From: an uncultured virus (IMG/VR IMGVR_UViG_3300010334_004649)
Lineage: Duplodnaviria > Heunggongvirae > Uroviricota > Caudoviricetes
DNA length: 64,000 nt
Direction: 5' to 3' (one strand)
Virus record (IMG/VR): IMGVR_UViG_3300010334_004649
Under the pieces are notes generated by a model that worked only from the letters and a program-made list of their open reading frames with translations, searched no databases and had not been told where the DNA came from. Position 1 is the first letter of the stretch. Every line of letters begins with the position of its first letter. Below, in pieces: positions 1 through 10,200 of the stretch. The position numbers and the translations under genes were made by a program.

Positions 1-2
1 AC

Positions 3-101
3 GAAATTACATCAATTGAATATATTGGAGTTGAAGATACAGTAGATATAAATGTATCTGGAAATAAATTATTTTATGCCAACGAAATTTTAACACACAA
101 T
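3..101 (+). mobile_element. Intein C-terminal splicing region (blocks F/G) in helicase
   Basis: EITSIEYIGVEDTVDINVSGNKLFYANEILTHN followed by Ser+1 (TCC 102-104); AT-rich. Confidence 0.88.
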
Positions 102-488
102 TCCTCAGTTCAAGAACAAGAACACGATCACAGTCATATTTCGGGTGGTATTTCCAAGATCCAAACGGCGGATAATGTGATTTCTATCTTTGCCAGCGCT
201 GCTATGAAAGAACGTGGTCAGTATCAGGTGCAGTTTCTCAAGACGCGCTCGTCTAGTGGTGTTGGTAGCAAGGTCAATCTTGGATTTGATCCAAATACCT
301 TGCAGATATTCAACAGTGATGATGACAGTGCAGCAGTTGTAACCAGCAGTGCCACTGCAGATGTTTTTGCAGATCTCAGAAGGAAGAATTCATCCGCTGC
401 TAAGAAGGCTGATGGCGACCAAAAGTCTACAGATTCAACAAAAAGCATCAAAGATCTCAGCGCATTAACAGCACTGGTACGTCGTTAA
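3..488 (+). CDS. DnaB/gp41-like replicative helicase, 3' part (5'-truncated), preceded in frame by an intein C-terminus
   Basis: Frame is open from base 3: EITSIEYIG...LTHN|SSVQEQEHDHSHISGGISKIQTADNVISIF...QFLKTRSS; the extein resembles SF4 helicase motifs H3-H4. Confidence 0.8.
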   Translation, partial: EITSIEYIGVEDTVDINVSGNKLFYANEILTHNSSVQEQEHDHSHISGGISKIQTADNVISIFASAAMKERGQYQVQFLKTRSSSGVGSKVNLGFDPNTLQIFNSDDDSAAVVTSSATADVFADLRRKNSSAAKKADGDQKSTDSTKSIKDLSALTALVRR

Positions 489-1231
489 TGCGCTGACTTG
501 TACTGTAGCACATCTCCAACCAGCAGCATCAGAGCCACTACTATGTGTGAAAATTCTCTGCTGCTGATGGCCTGCTCATCGCCCTCAACATGGTTTACCA
601 TGCTGGCAATACTTTTCAATGCTGATGCTTCTTGACCATTTTTGGCGGCTGTAAGTGCAGACACTACACCTGTCATAACATGTGAAATGCCGCCATTTTT
701 TGTTCGATTATTCATACCCTTGATGATATGGTAGACCAGTTTGGTTGCCTGAAGTTTAGACACTGGACTGGTATTACCGGCATCCTTGATTACTGTTGTT
801 AGATCTTTAATGCTGGCAATTTTGGTTTTGGTATCATTAGCCTCGGTAATTTCTTCAGTTGATTCAGCTGCAGATACGGCCTTGATATTATTCAACAGGG
901 ATCCTTTATCGCCCGATGCCAACATATGATCAAATGCCGTAGCCAGCGCCAGAGTTTGTTTACTGTCTAGTTGCGGTTTATCGCTTTGTAGTGCCGCTAT
1001 AGCACTTTTGAAACTACCCTGAAGATCCTGCGGAATGTCAAGCCTTTGTATCAGTTCACCAACATTGAGATTACCTGCTATCTTCTGAAGTCCGGCTGGT
1101 TTAGTCAAAAGGTCATCAATAGATTGGCTGCTTTTGGAGGCTGACAAATCATCGGCTTCATCGACTGCAGACATATATTCAGATAGTGTATCTACCAGAC
1201 GCCTAAAGTCTTCGGCAATATATTGTGACAT
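485..1231 (-). CDS. Hypothetical protein, probably late/virion
   Basis: ORF; ATG 1231 with GGAG upstream; TATAAATA on minus strand at 1257-1264. Confidence 0.7.
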   Translation of the reverse strand: MSQYIAEDFRRLVDTLSEYMSAVDEADDLSASKSSQSIDDLLTKPAGLQKIAGNLNVGELIQRLDIPQDLQGSFKSAIAALQSDKPQLDSKQTLALATAFDHMLASGDKGSLLNNIKAVSAAESTEEITEANDTKTKIASIKDLTTVIKDAGNTSPVSKLQATKLVYHIIKGMNNRTKNGGISHVMTGVVSALTAAKNGQEASALKSIASMVNHVEGDEQAISSREFSHIVVALMLLVGDVLQYKSAH

Positions 1232-1256
1232 GATTTGACTCTCCAAGGTATCAGTC

Positions 1257-1287
1257 TATTTATATATTTGGCTAGCAGGTATAAATA
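1257..1287. promoter_or_regulatory. Divergent pair of T4-type late promoters (TATAAATA)
   Basis: TATAAATA on - at 1257-1264 and on + at 1280-1287, between divergent ORFs; TAAATA also at 4191, 5086, 7178, 13773, 22328, 24570, 36794, 46495, 59308. Confidence 0.75.
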
Positions 1288-1312
1288 TCGCTAGATCAAA
1301 CAGGAATATATC

Positions 1313-1558
1313 GTGGATCATATTAAGAATTTCATAGATGAACTCGACGCGATTGTTCCAGCAAAGAGCAAACATACCGTCATCGAAAGCAGAGCCACTC
1401 ATCTCATTGCTAGTGCAGTTAATCTTGTGCGCTTAATCAGAGAAAGTTATCCGACTGAGCAGGCCGAAGATTTGGTCAAACGTTTGCATCGCAGCATCCT
1501 TAGTGAGGATGACAAAAAATTCACCCGCAAAATCAAAGAATTGAGGAAAGACAGATGA
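1313..1558 (+). CDS. Hypothetical phage protein
   Basis: 81-aa ORF with AGGA RBS after late promoter; ATGA overlap with next gene. Confidence 0.7.
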   Translation: MDHIKNFIDELDAIVPAKSKHTVIESRATHLIASAVNLVRLIRESYPTEQAEDLVKRLHRSILSEDDKKFTRKIKELRKDR

Positions 1559-2253
1559 ACTCGGAGATGAGACATTATCTTGACATCGTAGAAGATAAAA
1601 ATTCAATAATACACGAAGGAATACTGGACAGTATCAAGAAATGGGTATCAGGCCTTGGAGGCCCGGTAAAACAACGCGGCCAAGAATTGATCAACGATCT
1701 TGCAGCACAATTGAAAAGCAAATATGGTGCTGCTGTCCCAAAACAGACACAGCAGGCCAATCGTGATTGGATGTGGGGCAAACTTACTTATAAAAATCTC
1801 TATGACTTTTTAAAGAAAAACCAATTTGAGGATGCTGATATTGATACAGCATTGCGTAATTCTATAGTCAGCAACAACCTCAAACAGTTGTTTCGTACTC
1901 TACCAGCAGATGTTGAAAAACCAACACTGCCGCTGAAAGGCGCAACCATACGGAACAATACTAATTTTATCTCTGCGGCTGTTGACAGCCAGACTAAACA
2001 GTACCTATCAAAGGCCATAGCGCTGGCTGTTATAGATGGTCTTTCATATATTGATCAAGATAAAAAAAGCCAAGAGAAGCCAACAGCACCTTCGACACAA
2101 CCGCCCGATACCACTGCAGAGCCAACTGCATCAAAACCTTCTGCTGGTACTGCACCAGCAACCTCTCCGGCCACTGCTGAAGATCCAGTGAAAATTAAAG
2201 CAGCAGTTGACAAACTGAAAACCTATCTAGCCAGTAAAGGAGCCGCAGCGTGA
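1555..2253 (+). CDS. Hypothetical protein (putative virion)
   Basis: 232-aa ORF, coupled start/stop, Pro/Ala/Thr linker. Confidence 0.7.
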   Translation: MNSEMRHYLDIVEDKNSIIHEGILDSIKKWVSGLGGPVKQRGQELINDLAAQLKSKYGAAVPKQTQQANRDWMWGKLTYKNLYDFLKKNQFEDADIDTALRNSIVSNNLKQLFRTLPADVEKPTLPLKGATIRNNTNFISAAVDSQTKQYLSKAIALAVIDGLSYIDQDKKSQEKPTAPSTQPPDTTAEPTASKPSAGTAPATSPATAEDPVKIKAAVDKLKTYLASKGAAA

Positions 2254-4193
2254 TGAAACAGCATCAATGGGCTTATCAGCAATATGGTTGGACTGACTTG
2301 ACACCTGCCAACCGTCTAGTTTTTGAAAATATAGAACTGAATGTCATGCCTCTGCGCAGGAATCTTAAGATCCTAATGGAAGCAGAACTATCACAAAATC
2401 AAATTGAACAAATGTTCAAATATGCAGAGGACATCAGCAGGCAAAAAGGCTATAAGACTGGGTTTGGAAAGGCTGCAAGCCTACCAAAAGAAGCCATGTC
2501 AAAGGTCAATGGAGTCTTGGGAAAGTTTGGCACAGAATTACAAAATAGTGCACCAGTCAAGGCGTTTGATCAAAAATTTGATGAACTCAAAGACAAGATA
2601 AAGACCAAATTAGGATCATCCAAAAAAGGACAGGACTTTGTAATATTCATCGAGCAATTAGGCTCTGCAGCCAAAGCCAACCCAGTTTGGCAATCTGCCA
2701 TAATAGGCCTTTTGGTAGCAGGATCCAGTCTGTTGTTGGGACCAGCAAGTATCCCTGTTGTGGGCTTTCTCTTAAAAGGCGCAGCCGAACTAATAAAGGG
2801 TGAAAAACTCAGTACTGCTATTGGCAAAGGTGTAAAAACTGCAGCATTTGGTTATCTGGCAGGGCATGTTATAGGATCAATTGTCAGTTGGGCACAGGGA
2901 TTGCATGTGGTAGCCAATACTATTGCACCTGATGTAGTCAAGGTTACTATAGATGCCAGCCAAAATCTACATGGAATAGCCAGCAAATTCCACTTGTCCG
3001 ATGTTGTTATGACCGTAGCTGATAAGGCTAAATTAGATAAATTGATATTGGATTTTGGTGATCCGTCGCATATTGGCAGCGCATACAAAAACCTATTGAA
3101 TTTTTCAAAACATCTAGCCAGCCCTGAATATGTTTCCCAACTTGCACAGCAGGCTGGTACAGCAGCAGTAAATCAAGCATCACAGGCAGCCTTTGCTAAC
3201 AGTGTACAAAACATAGGTGCTGTAATTCAAGCTGCCGCCGGCGGCGCAGCCAGCGCAGCAGGAGCAAAAGATCTAAAAGAAACTCGACAATTACCTCGTG
3301 CAGTAATGGAAGGTATGTGGGCCGACCTAACACTGAAGTTTGGCGCTGGTAAATTGAATAAAACATGGATCAAAGCCGGACGTCCCACGGACAGTGTTGA
3401 TATTGCCGAAATGTTGGCCAACATGGGTATGGACAACGACGATATTGGAGAACTTATGACCAAATCTGGACTGTCGCCTGATGACGTTTCTGCTACCTTG
3501 AAAGGGTTAGCCACATTAGGTGACGACGAAGGTCTTGAGGCTCCATTTGTCAGTGGTATTGAGGATCTCGATAATGAAGCTAAAAAGATACTCAAGACAC
3601 AGGGTGAAAAAGCCTTTGACGACTTTTGGAAGGCAAAACTTCCAGAACTGGAGAAAAAGGTATCCCCTGCTACACCCCCTGCCACACCCCCTGCTACACC
3701 CCCTGCTACACCCCCTGACCCTGCCGCTGCCGCTGCCGCCCTCGCCACCGATCTGCGTAATGGCATTGCCGCTGCCATACCCCCTGCCAAAAAAACACGG
3801 ACTGGTGGTAAACAACCTGGACAAGTCAGCCAGACACAGAATGCTAAACAAAAGCGTGCCGCTAGAGCAGCTGCCAAAGCCAAACTTAGTGAAAGTATTG
3901 ACAGGAAACTTGCAGCAATCAATGAAATACTTAGTATCATCAGAGAAAACAAACTCAGCAATCGCAGCAGGAAAATCAAAATAAAAGCACTGCTGGAATA
4001 TGCATCAGGTGGCAGCACGTCTGCAGGCAATATAGGCAGCATACCTGGTACAGGCGGCCCAATGATGCCTGTAATAAGACGCATGCCAGCCGGACAAAGT
4101 TTTTTTGGGCCAGCAGGCACGTTACCAGCAGAGCAAAACCAAAAAAGACGCAAGACCAAGGGGAAACGTAGTTCAAAATCAAATGTGACATAA
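2250..4193 (+). CDS. Large hypothetical protein with hydrophobic segments (putative virion)
   Basis: 647-aa ORF; hydrophobic AIIGLLVAGSSLLLG; PATP repeats; basic C-terminus. Confidence 0.7.
   Translation: MMKQHQWAYQQYGWTDLTPANRLVFENIELNVMPLRRNLKILMEAELSQNQIEQMFKYAEDISRQKGYKTGFGKAASLPKEAMSKVNGVLGKFGTELQNSAPVKAFDQKFDELKDKIKTKLGSSKKGQDFVIFIEQLGSAAKANPVWQSAIIGLLVAGSSLLLGPASIPVVGFLLKGAAELIKGEKLSTAIGKGVKTAAFGYLAGHVIGSIVSWAQGLHVVANTIAPDVVKVTIDASQNLHGIASKFHLSDVVMTVADKAKLDKLILDFGDPSHIGSAYKNLLNFSKHLASPEYVSQLAQQAGTAAVNQASQAAFANSVQNIGAVIQAAAGGAASAAGAKDLKETRQLPRAVMEGMWADLTLKFGAGKLNKTWIKAGRPTDSVDIAEMLANMGMDNDDIGELMTKSGLSPDDVSATLKGLATLGDDEGLEAPFVSGIEDLDNEAKKILKTQGEKAFDDFWKAKLPELEKKVSPATPPATPPATPPATPPDPAAAAAALATDLRNGIAAAIPPAKKTRTGGKQPGQVSQTQNAKQKRAARAAAKAKLSESIDRKLAAINEILSIIRENKLSNRSRKIKIKALLEYASGGSTSAGNIGSIPGTGGPMMPVIRRMPAGQSFFGPAGTLPAEQNQKRRKTKGKRSSKSNVT
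3666..3713 (+). repeat. 12-bp tandem repeat x4 encoding PATP
   Basis: CCTGC(T/C)ACACCC four times. Confidence 0.9.
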
Positions 4194-4237
4194 ATATGTT
4201 TGCAAAACAAGATTTGCACTTTTAAGGAGAACAAATT

Positions 4238-5020
4238 ATGGCCTATAATTCAGGCACCAACAACCGTGTAAACGGTGGTGCTCTTGGTGGGAACTTCCTC
4301 ACAGGTAGCATGGATTTTTTCACCGTTGCTACCCTGGTACCAGTGTTCCAGACCAACGTTGATACCCCCATCAACCTGCTCTACACCCAACAGGGCTACA
4401 GCACTTGGCAGACTGTTACAGTTGTTGACGGTACTGGCACGGCTCAGACCTACAGCACAGCATCAGCTTACCAGGATGCTTATACCAAGCAGTACAACTT
4501 GAACCTGCTGCAACAATTGTTTGCACAAAATGTCAACCCAGTTGCCATCAGTGTTAACTATGCAACATCTTCAAATCCAAGTGCCATTAACCTAACTGCT
4601 ACACAGTTGAACAGTGTCACTAACTACAGCTACAGCAACGACTTCGGCTCAGACTATGATGGGTCCATGACTGTTTATTACGTGAAGTTCATCACTGAGC
4701 GTACACAGTATTGGTATGTAAACGGATCAACCCTCAACAGCCCCAACTGGGATACCAATTCAACTGGTTATCAGTTCCTTGATGCGCTGGATAATGCAAC
4801 AACAGCTGGTGTGACTGTGTTTGATCTACAATCACCAGTGCTGAACGGTTCAACCACAGCAGGTACTGTTACATCACTTAGTAACCAGACTGTCAACGTC
4901 AACACCAACTACTTTGAAGTTGCCCCAGGTGCAACACTCAACACAGTTGCTTATGTTGCTACACTTGCCAATGCTGGTTCACCTAACGTACCAAACCAGA
5001 ACGCTCTTCCAACTCCATAA
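4238..5020 (+). CDS. Putative abundant structural protein
   Basis: TAAATA 4191-4196, AAGGAG RBS, Thr/Asn/Ser/Gly-rich, followed by strong hairpin. Confidence 0.65.
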   Translation: MAYNSGTNNRVNGGALGGNFLTGSMDFFTVATLVPVFQTNVDTPINLLYTQQGYSTWQTVTVVDGTGTAQTYSTASAYQDAYTKQYNLNLLQQLFAQNVNPVAISVNYATSSNPSAINLTATQLNSVTNYSYSNDFGSDYDGSMTVYYVKFITERTQYWYVNGSTLNSPNWDTNSTGYQFLDALDNATTAGVTVFDLQSPVLNGSTTAGTVTSLSNQTVNVNTNYFEVAPGATLNTVAYVATLANAGSPNVPNQNALPTP

Positions 5021-5041
5021 TTGCTGTTGGACAAGTGAATA

Positions 5042-5075
5042 ATCATGAAAGGCGCAGCGATGCGCCTTTCATGAT
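5042..5075 (+). terminator. Hairpin, probable terminator
   Basis: ATCATGAAAGGCGCA-GCGA-TGCGCCTTTCATGAT, 15-bp stem. Confidence 0.75.
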
Positions 5076-5098
5076 GATCAACGCATAAATATTCTGCA

Positions 5099-5257
5099 AT
5101 GTTATTAGATCACATGTTCAGACCATCAGGTCCACTACAAATTGTCATTGTCCGCAAGGATGGTCGACTCTTTCACGACACACGTCCCCTTCCCCAGACC
5201 ACCGACAATGATCTGTCGGATAAACCGTTGTTTCCGATCAGCAAAGACAGGTCATGA
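5099..5257 (+). CDS. Small hypothetical protein (52 aa, not in ORF track)
   Basis: MLLDHMFRPSGPLQIVIVRKDG...; TAAATA 7 nt upstream. Confidence 0.45.
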   Translation: MLLDHMFRPSGPLQIVIVRKDGRLFHDTRPLPQTTDNDLSDKPLFPISKDRS

Positions 5258-5310
5258 AAACTTCACACGACTACCTTAGATCTTTATCAGAATTTTCAAA
5301 GGAGGACAAT

Positions 5311-5952
5311 ATGAAACCCATGCACATTGTAGCAGAGCAGACCAATGAAGAATTAGTATTGTGGAATACCGAGGATGACCGTTGGAGCCGTCGTGCTAAA
5401 CATCCCCTACGTGTGAATGAAGTTCCTCGTGAAAGTACGATAATCTGGGAACAGGGTGATATGGCGTTGTACAAGTCACATCCAGTTGAAGTGACCGTGC
5501 CAAGTGGACCAAATGGTACCATAGGCATTATCTACGAAGGGCAAACCAAGATGGTACTAAAATCACGTCTTACCAAGATCGACGAGTCTGTATTTGGCAA
5601 TATGCAGGCGATATTGCCCATTAACCGCATGATGCAGTTGGCCGGTATCAGCACCCCGCAGATCATGACGCCAACTGATCAGATTGCTGATGGAGACTCA
5701 GCTGTACAATTGACAGAAGACACGGGGACATTGTTTGATCAACTGTACAAAACCAATTTTGCTGGGCAATACAGGAACAATCCCACCGCAGCACAGGTAG
5801 CAACTATTGGTCAGATTATGATAGGACTCCAAGGGCAGATGCAGGAAATACAAGACAAATTGCCTCCAGATCTTGCAACAAAATTACAGGCCGCAGTTGG
5901 CATCGGTGCAGCATTGATCAATGCAGCAAAGGCCATGACACAAGACAAGTGA
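5311..5952 (+). CDS. Hypothetical protein (putative head-associated)
   Basis: ATG 5311 with AAGGAGG RBS; contains RMMQLAGI motif. Confidence 0.7.
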   Translation: MKPMHIVAEQTNEELVLWNTEDDRWSRRAKHPLRVNEVPRESTIIWEQGDMALYKSHPVEVTVPSGPNGTIGIIYEGQTKMVLKSRLTKIDESVFGNMQAILPINRMMQLAGISTPQIMTPTDQIADGDSAVQLTEDTGTLFDQLYKTNFAGQYRNNPTAAQVATIGQIMIGLQGQMQEIQDKLPPDLATKLQAAVGIGAALINAAKAMTQDK

Positions 5953-5964
5953 TCGGGGACACAC

Positions 5965-6195
5965 ATGAAATTCATTGAGGTCAGCGGCGGGTGGCTTCAA
6001 CCAGTCAGCAACGATGAAAATATCATAGTCGAGCGTGTCAGAGGACATGATGGACCTCTGCCAAAGGCTGTGCTGGATGAACATGAACAAGAACTGGCAA
6101 GGAATTTAGTTTACAGAGGAATATTGACCAGGTTTGTTTATGAAGGTAATTTATGTTTTGCTGTAAATGATCTAGAGGACCTATGGGAGAACTAG
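5965..6195 (+). CDS. Hypothetical protein
   Basis: 76-aa ORF in operon. Confidence 0.65.
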   Translation: MKFIEVSGGWLQPVSNDENIIVERVRGHDGPLPKAVLDEHEQELARNLVYRGILTRFVYEGNLCFAVNDLEDLWEN

Positions 6196-6196
6196 A

Positions 6197-6853
6197 ATGG
6201 CAACGGTAACACTAGAAGAACGTGAAGCTATGTTGCGACTACGCAACATAATGGAAGGTGATATATCAATACCTGCAACTGATTTTAAATCAACCGCACC
6301 ATCTGGTGTGGAACTAGCCGGACCCGGTCAGATCACGTCATCAGATGTAAATGCTATGGCAGATGTTCTAAAACGTCTCAACAATCTCAGCAACCATGTT
6401 GTGAACGACATGATCACAGAAAGTGCTAATAATTCTCAGATACAAGAAGCCATGGCAACATCCCGTACAGCAACTGGGATCAAAGTTGGAAGGTATCAAA
6501 TTGATATCAAGGAAGATCACACAAGACTAGCCGGTAAACAATTCTACAGCATCTACAATGGTTTGACCAAAGACACCATTGCAAATGACATCAGCCTTTA
6601 TGAAACAGCCTTAGCTGCTGTACGTTTGCTGAATTCGGGAAAATTTGTTAATAGCCCAGAGATTCGCCAACTTTTTGAGCAGGATGATGTATATACCAGC
6701 CACAGGGTCGATGCTCTAACCTACAAGCGAAAATTAAACAATATAAAAGATCCAACCAAGAGAGATCTGTATGAAAGTCGCCTACAGGGGTGCATGGATC
6801 GCTGTATGAATGCCAAAAAATTAATTAAAAAACTGGCAAAAAATGGCAATTGA
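6197..6853 (+). CDS. Hypothetical protein
   Basis: 218-aa ORF with GGAG RBS. Confidence 0.7.
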   Translation: MATVTLEEREAMLRLRNIMEGDISIPATDFKSTAPSGVELAGPGQITSSDVNAMADVLKRLNNLSNHVVNDMITESANNSQIQEAMATSRTATGIKVGRYQIDIKEDHTRLAGKQFYSIYNGLTKDTIANDISLYETALAAVRLLNSGKFVNSPEIRQLFEQDDVYTSHRVDALTYKRKLNNIKDPTKRDLYESRLQGCMDRCMNAKKLIKKLAKNGN

Positions 6854-7157
6854 AATTAAACCTTCGGCCCAACAAAGAATAGGCGAAATCTGTGCCAAGG
6901 ACCGCCTGGTAAGGTTGAGCATTACCAGTGGGGGTTGTCAGGGTTTCAACAAGGTCTGGGACCTTGTTGACTCAATCAACAACGACGATGAAATCTTTGA
7001 AATTGGTCAAGGCCGACTGGCCATAGATGCGGCTAGTCTTGAAATACTCGGTGATGCTGTGATAGACTTCAAGACTGCATTTGACGGTTCATACTTTACT
7101 GTGGAAATACCCAGTGCAACCAGTACCTGCGGTTGTGGTACTTCATTTTCAATCTAA
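6843..7157 (+). CDS. iscA: A-type Fe-S carrier (IscA/HesB family)
   Basis: RLSITSGGCQG and C-terminal TCGCGTSF motifs. Confidence 0.9.
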   Translation: MAIEIKPSAQQRIGEICAKDRLVRLSITSGGCQGFNKVWDLVDSINNDDEIFEIGQGRLAIDAASLEILGDAVIDFKTAFDGSYFTVEIPSATSTCGCGTSFSI

Positions 7158-7224
7158 CTGATATCCCGGGGTTCACATAAATAGTCGAACAGCATAGGCC
7201 TGCATGGTCGGGAGATCTTACCAA

Positions 7225-10200
7225 ATGTATTTGAATCAATTCCAAACTACCGATAGCACAAGGCTGCAGCAGATATTATCAACACTTGACCATGTACATG
7301 GGGTAAAAATCAACATTGACCTGGCAAATCATCATGCAGTCGCTACCCTTAAAGAAACACAATTGTCATATCAAATTCTGCGTGATAGCATAGTCAACGG
7401 CAGCGGCTTCAACAGTTATCAACAGAACCCGGAATATATCAAAAGCTTGTTGATACTAGAAGCAGTGAAAATCATGTTGACTGAAATTGCTCCAAAGCGT
7501 CGCCGCAGCAAAAAAATGAACGAATCAACTATGGACAGAAACATGAAAGCCAAACCAACTATCAGCACTCAACTCAGTGATATTGCGTTATCGGTTCCCC
7601 AGACCAGTGATGAAGCAACAGCATTCAGCAACACTCTAAGCAGCATAGCCGATAAAATGGCAGCAAAAGGCACGGCATTTGCCGGCACCGACAGTGCGTT
7701 AGACTCGGACGAAAAAGCCGTCATGGGATGGATTAAATCACTGCCTCGTCCAATACATGTTAATAACATGATTTCCCAAGGTGTAAAACGGTGGGGGCCA
7801 ATATTGTTGAAAAAACGCATGGACACTGTGGCTAGTCTACCCAAGATTGATATGTCAGAAGACCGCAGGCTATCCCCGCAACAGTTAAACAAAATTTCAG
7901 CACTGGGACGTGCAATGATTGACTACAGCACCAAGACACACAGCAAAGACGAGCGTGAATTGGCAATACTTAATAGTATTTCGCGTGTTGGTGACAAACT
8001 GGCCAGCATGGGCACTGATTTTGGACCAAAAGGTTTGACGGATACGGAGAAGAAAATTGTCAAACTGGCCCAGATGAGGATGAAAACTCATGGAGATCTT
8101 ACACAGGATCTTGATGAAGAATTGGAAATAATGACTGCTGAAACGACACGACGTGCCAACCCTGGTATGGACAACATTCATGAAAGCGACACGGTAATAG
8201 GACAAGTGTCGAATCGACCAAAACTACCAGGCGACGCAACCTTCAGCCAAGCACATCACTATGAATATCAAGCCAGTATGGCACGCAGCGAACTCTATCG
8301 CAATGCCAAATATGCCATGAGTATGATGAAACAGGTTGACCCCAATGGAGAAGTCCCTCCCTGGATTGCTGCATGCTTGACCAAATCTGCCAACATGCTT
8401 GACAAGATCTTTCACTATCTCGATTATTACAAGACCTTTGAACCAGATCAATTGCCAGAAGGCATGGACAGTGACATGGAATTGGGCGAGACCAGTGGCA
8501 GCATTGCTCGTGAAAATCTCATGCTGATTATAGAATACAGCACAAATCTTTTCAATATGATCAAACCAGGTGACAAGTTGGAAGGTTGGGTTGCTATGAA
8601 GTTGACTACTGCCAGCGAATGCATCAGCAGCAGCAAGCACTATATGGATTATGTGCAATTTGAGCAGCATGCAATGGATGATCATTTTGAAGAAGGGCGC
8701 AAGGCCAAACGTAGAACAATGGCAGAATCACGGCTGTACGAGGAGGAGGACCCAGACAATGAAACACTGGCTCGTGCACAGTTAATTCTCAATGCAAAAT
8801 CATTAAGCAGCAAAGTGCAGGATATGGCTGAAGATGTGGCTAAAATGTCTGTAAATGATCTAATGCCGCTGGTTGACAGCATGCGTGCACAGTTTGGACC
8901 AGAAGCAGCAACTGGATTCAATACCACTGTAAAGACTGCCTTAGATGGATTATTAGAAAACACAACCTCAACCAAAGAAGCCATTGACACAGCAGTAACT
9001 ACATTACAAGGAGGGGGAGTACCAGCACAACCAACTGATATAGAACAGGCCACTCCAGAACCTGCTGCAGAAGAACCTGTTGCAGAAGAACCTCCTGCAG
9101 AAGAACCTGCTGCTGCAGACCAAGTAGGCCAAGAGGCATTGGGTCGTGCCAAAAAGCCAATGTCTGAAGGCATGATAAAAAATCTAAAGCGTGCTGCGAG
9201 CGGATGGCCATCACTGGGGGTACCCAAAATTGGTGGAACTGGTGGCAAACCAAAAGATGTTGTGGCCAGGGTAAAGCAGATGAGCGATGATCAACTACAG
9301 TCCCTAGCAGATCGCAATGATGTAGCAGCTGGTTCGCCAGCTGACCTACAAATCAAAGCCGCGAGGCAAGAACTCCGTCGCCGAAAAACCACACAAAATG
9401 AAGCATGGGGGACAGAAATGCACACAGCCAAAAAAGATATTGGCAAGTGGGACGACTGGACCATTGCTGAATTGAAAGCACGCAAAAAGCAATTGATGCA
9501 CAAACCAGAACGCAATGAAAAAGAGCAGAAGGAAGTTAGACAACTGAATTTTGCTATTCGTGCCAAGCAAAAGGATCATTGGGGTGATGTCAATGAAAAT
9601 GCCATGACCTGCAATGAGTGCGGCATGGGCACCTATATGGAAGATGATCATGGCAAGATGTGCTGCAACGAATGTGGTGCCGTTATGATTGCAGAGACTT
9701 GGCCGGGCTATAAGAAAAAAATGGCCGATCAAAAGAAGATCATGAGTCGCACAGACAAGGAATGGAACCGTATAACCAAGATCAACAGTGAACCTCCGGT
9801 GGTAGAAGCCATGTTTGGTAAGAAAATCACCGTTACTCAAGAACCAGGACCATTAGGTGGGCCAGCGGTACCTCCAAACAAGGCCAAGGACAAAGCTGCA
9901 ACAACCGTACAACAGGTTGACATTCGTGGCAATCCAATTGAGCCTAGCAAAATTTCCAAAAAATCAACAAAACCAGAAGTTACTCAGATTGATCCAAAAG
10001 ACATGGCCAAAATGCTGAAGGAAAAAGCCCCACCGGGTGAGAAGGCTGAGCAATTTATACGTGATCAAAAAGATGTTTTTAAAAAACGCTATGGTAAAAA
10101 CTGGGAAAGTGTATTGTATGCCACTGCATGGAAAGAGTTTGGGCCAAAGCACGAAGGGTATATCTCAGCAGTAAAGGCATTAGCCGAAGCAAAGGGATCA

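Noticed and set aside
3227..4234. 335-aa antisense ORF and the many other shadow ORFs
   Set aside because: They lie opposite or within better-supported genes and have no recognisable motifs
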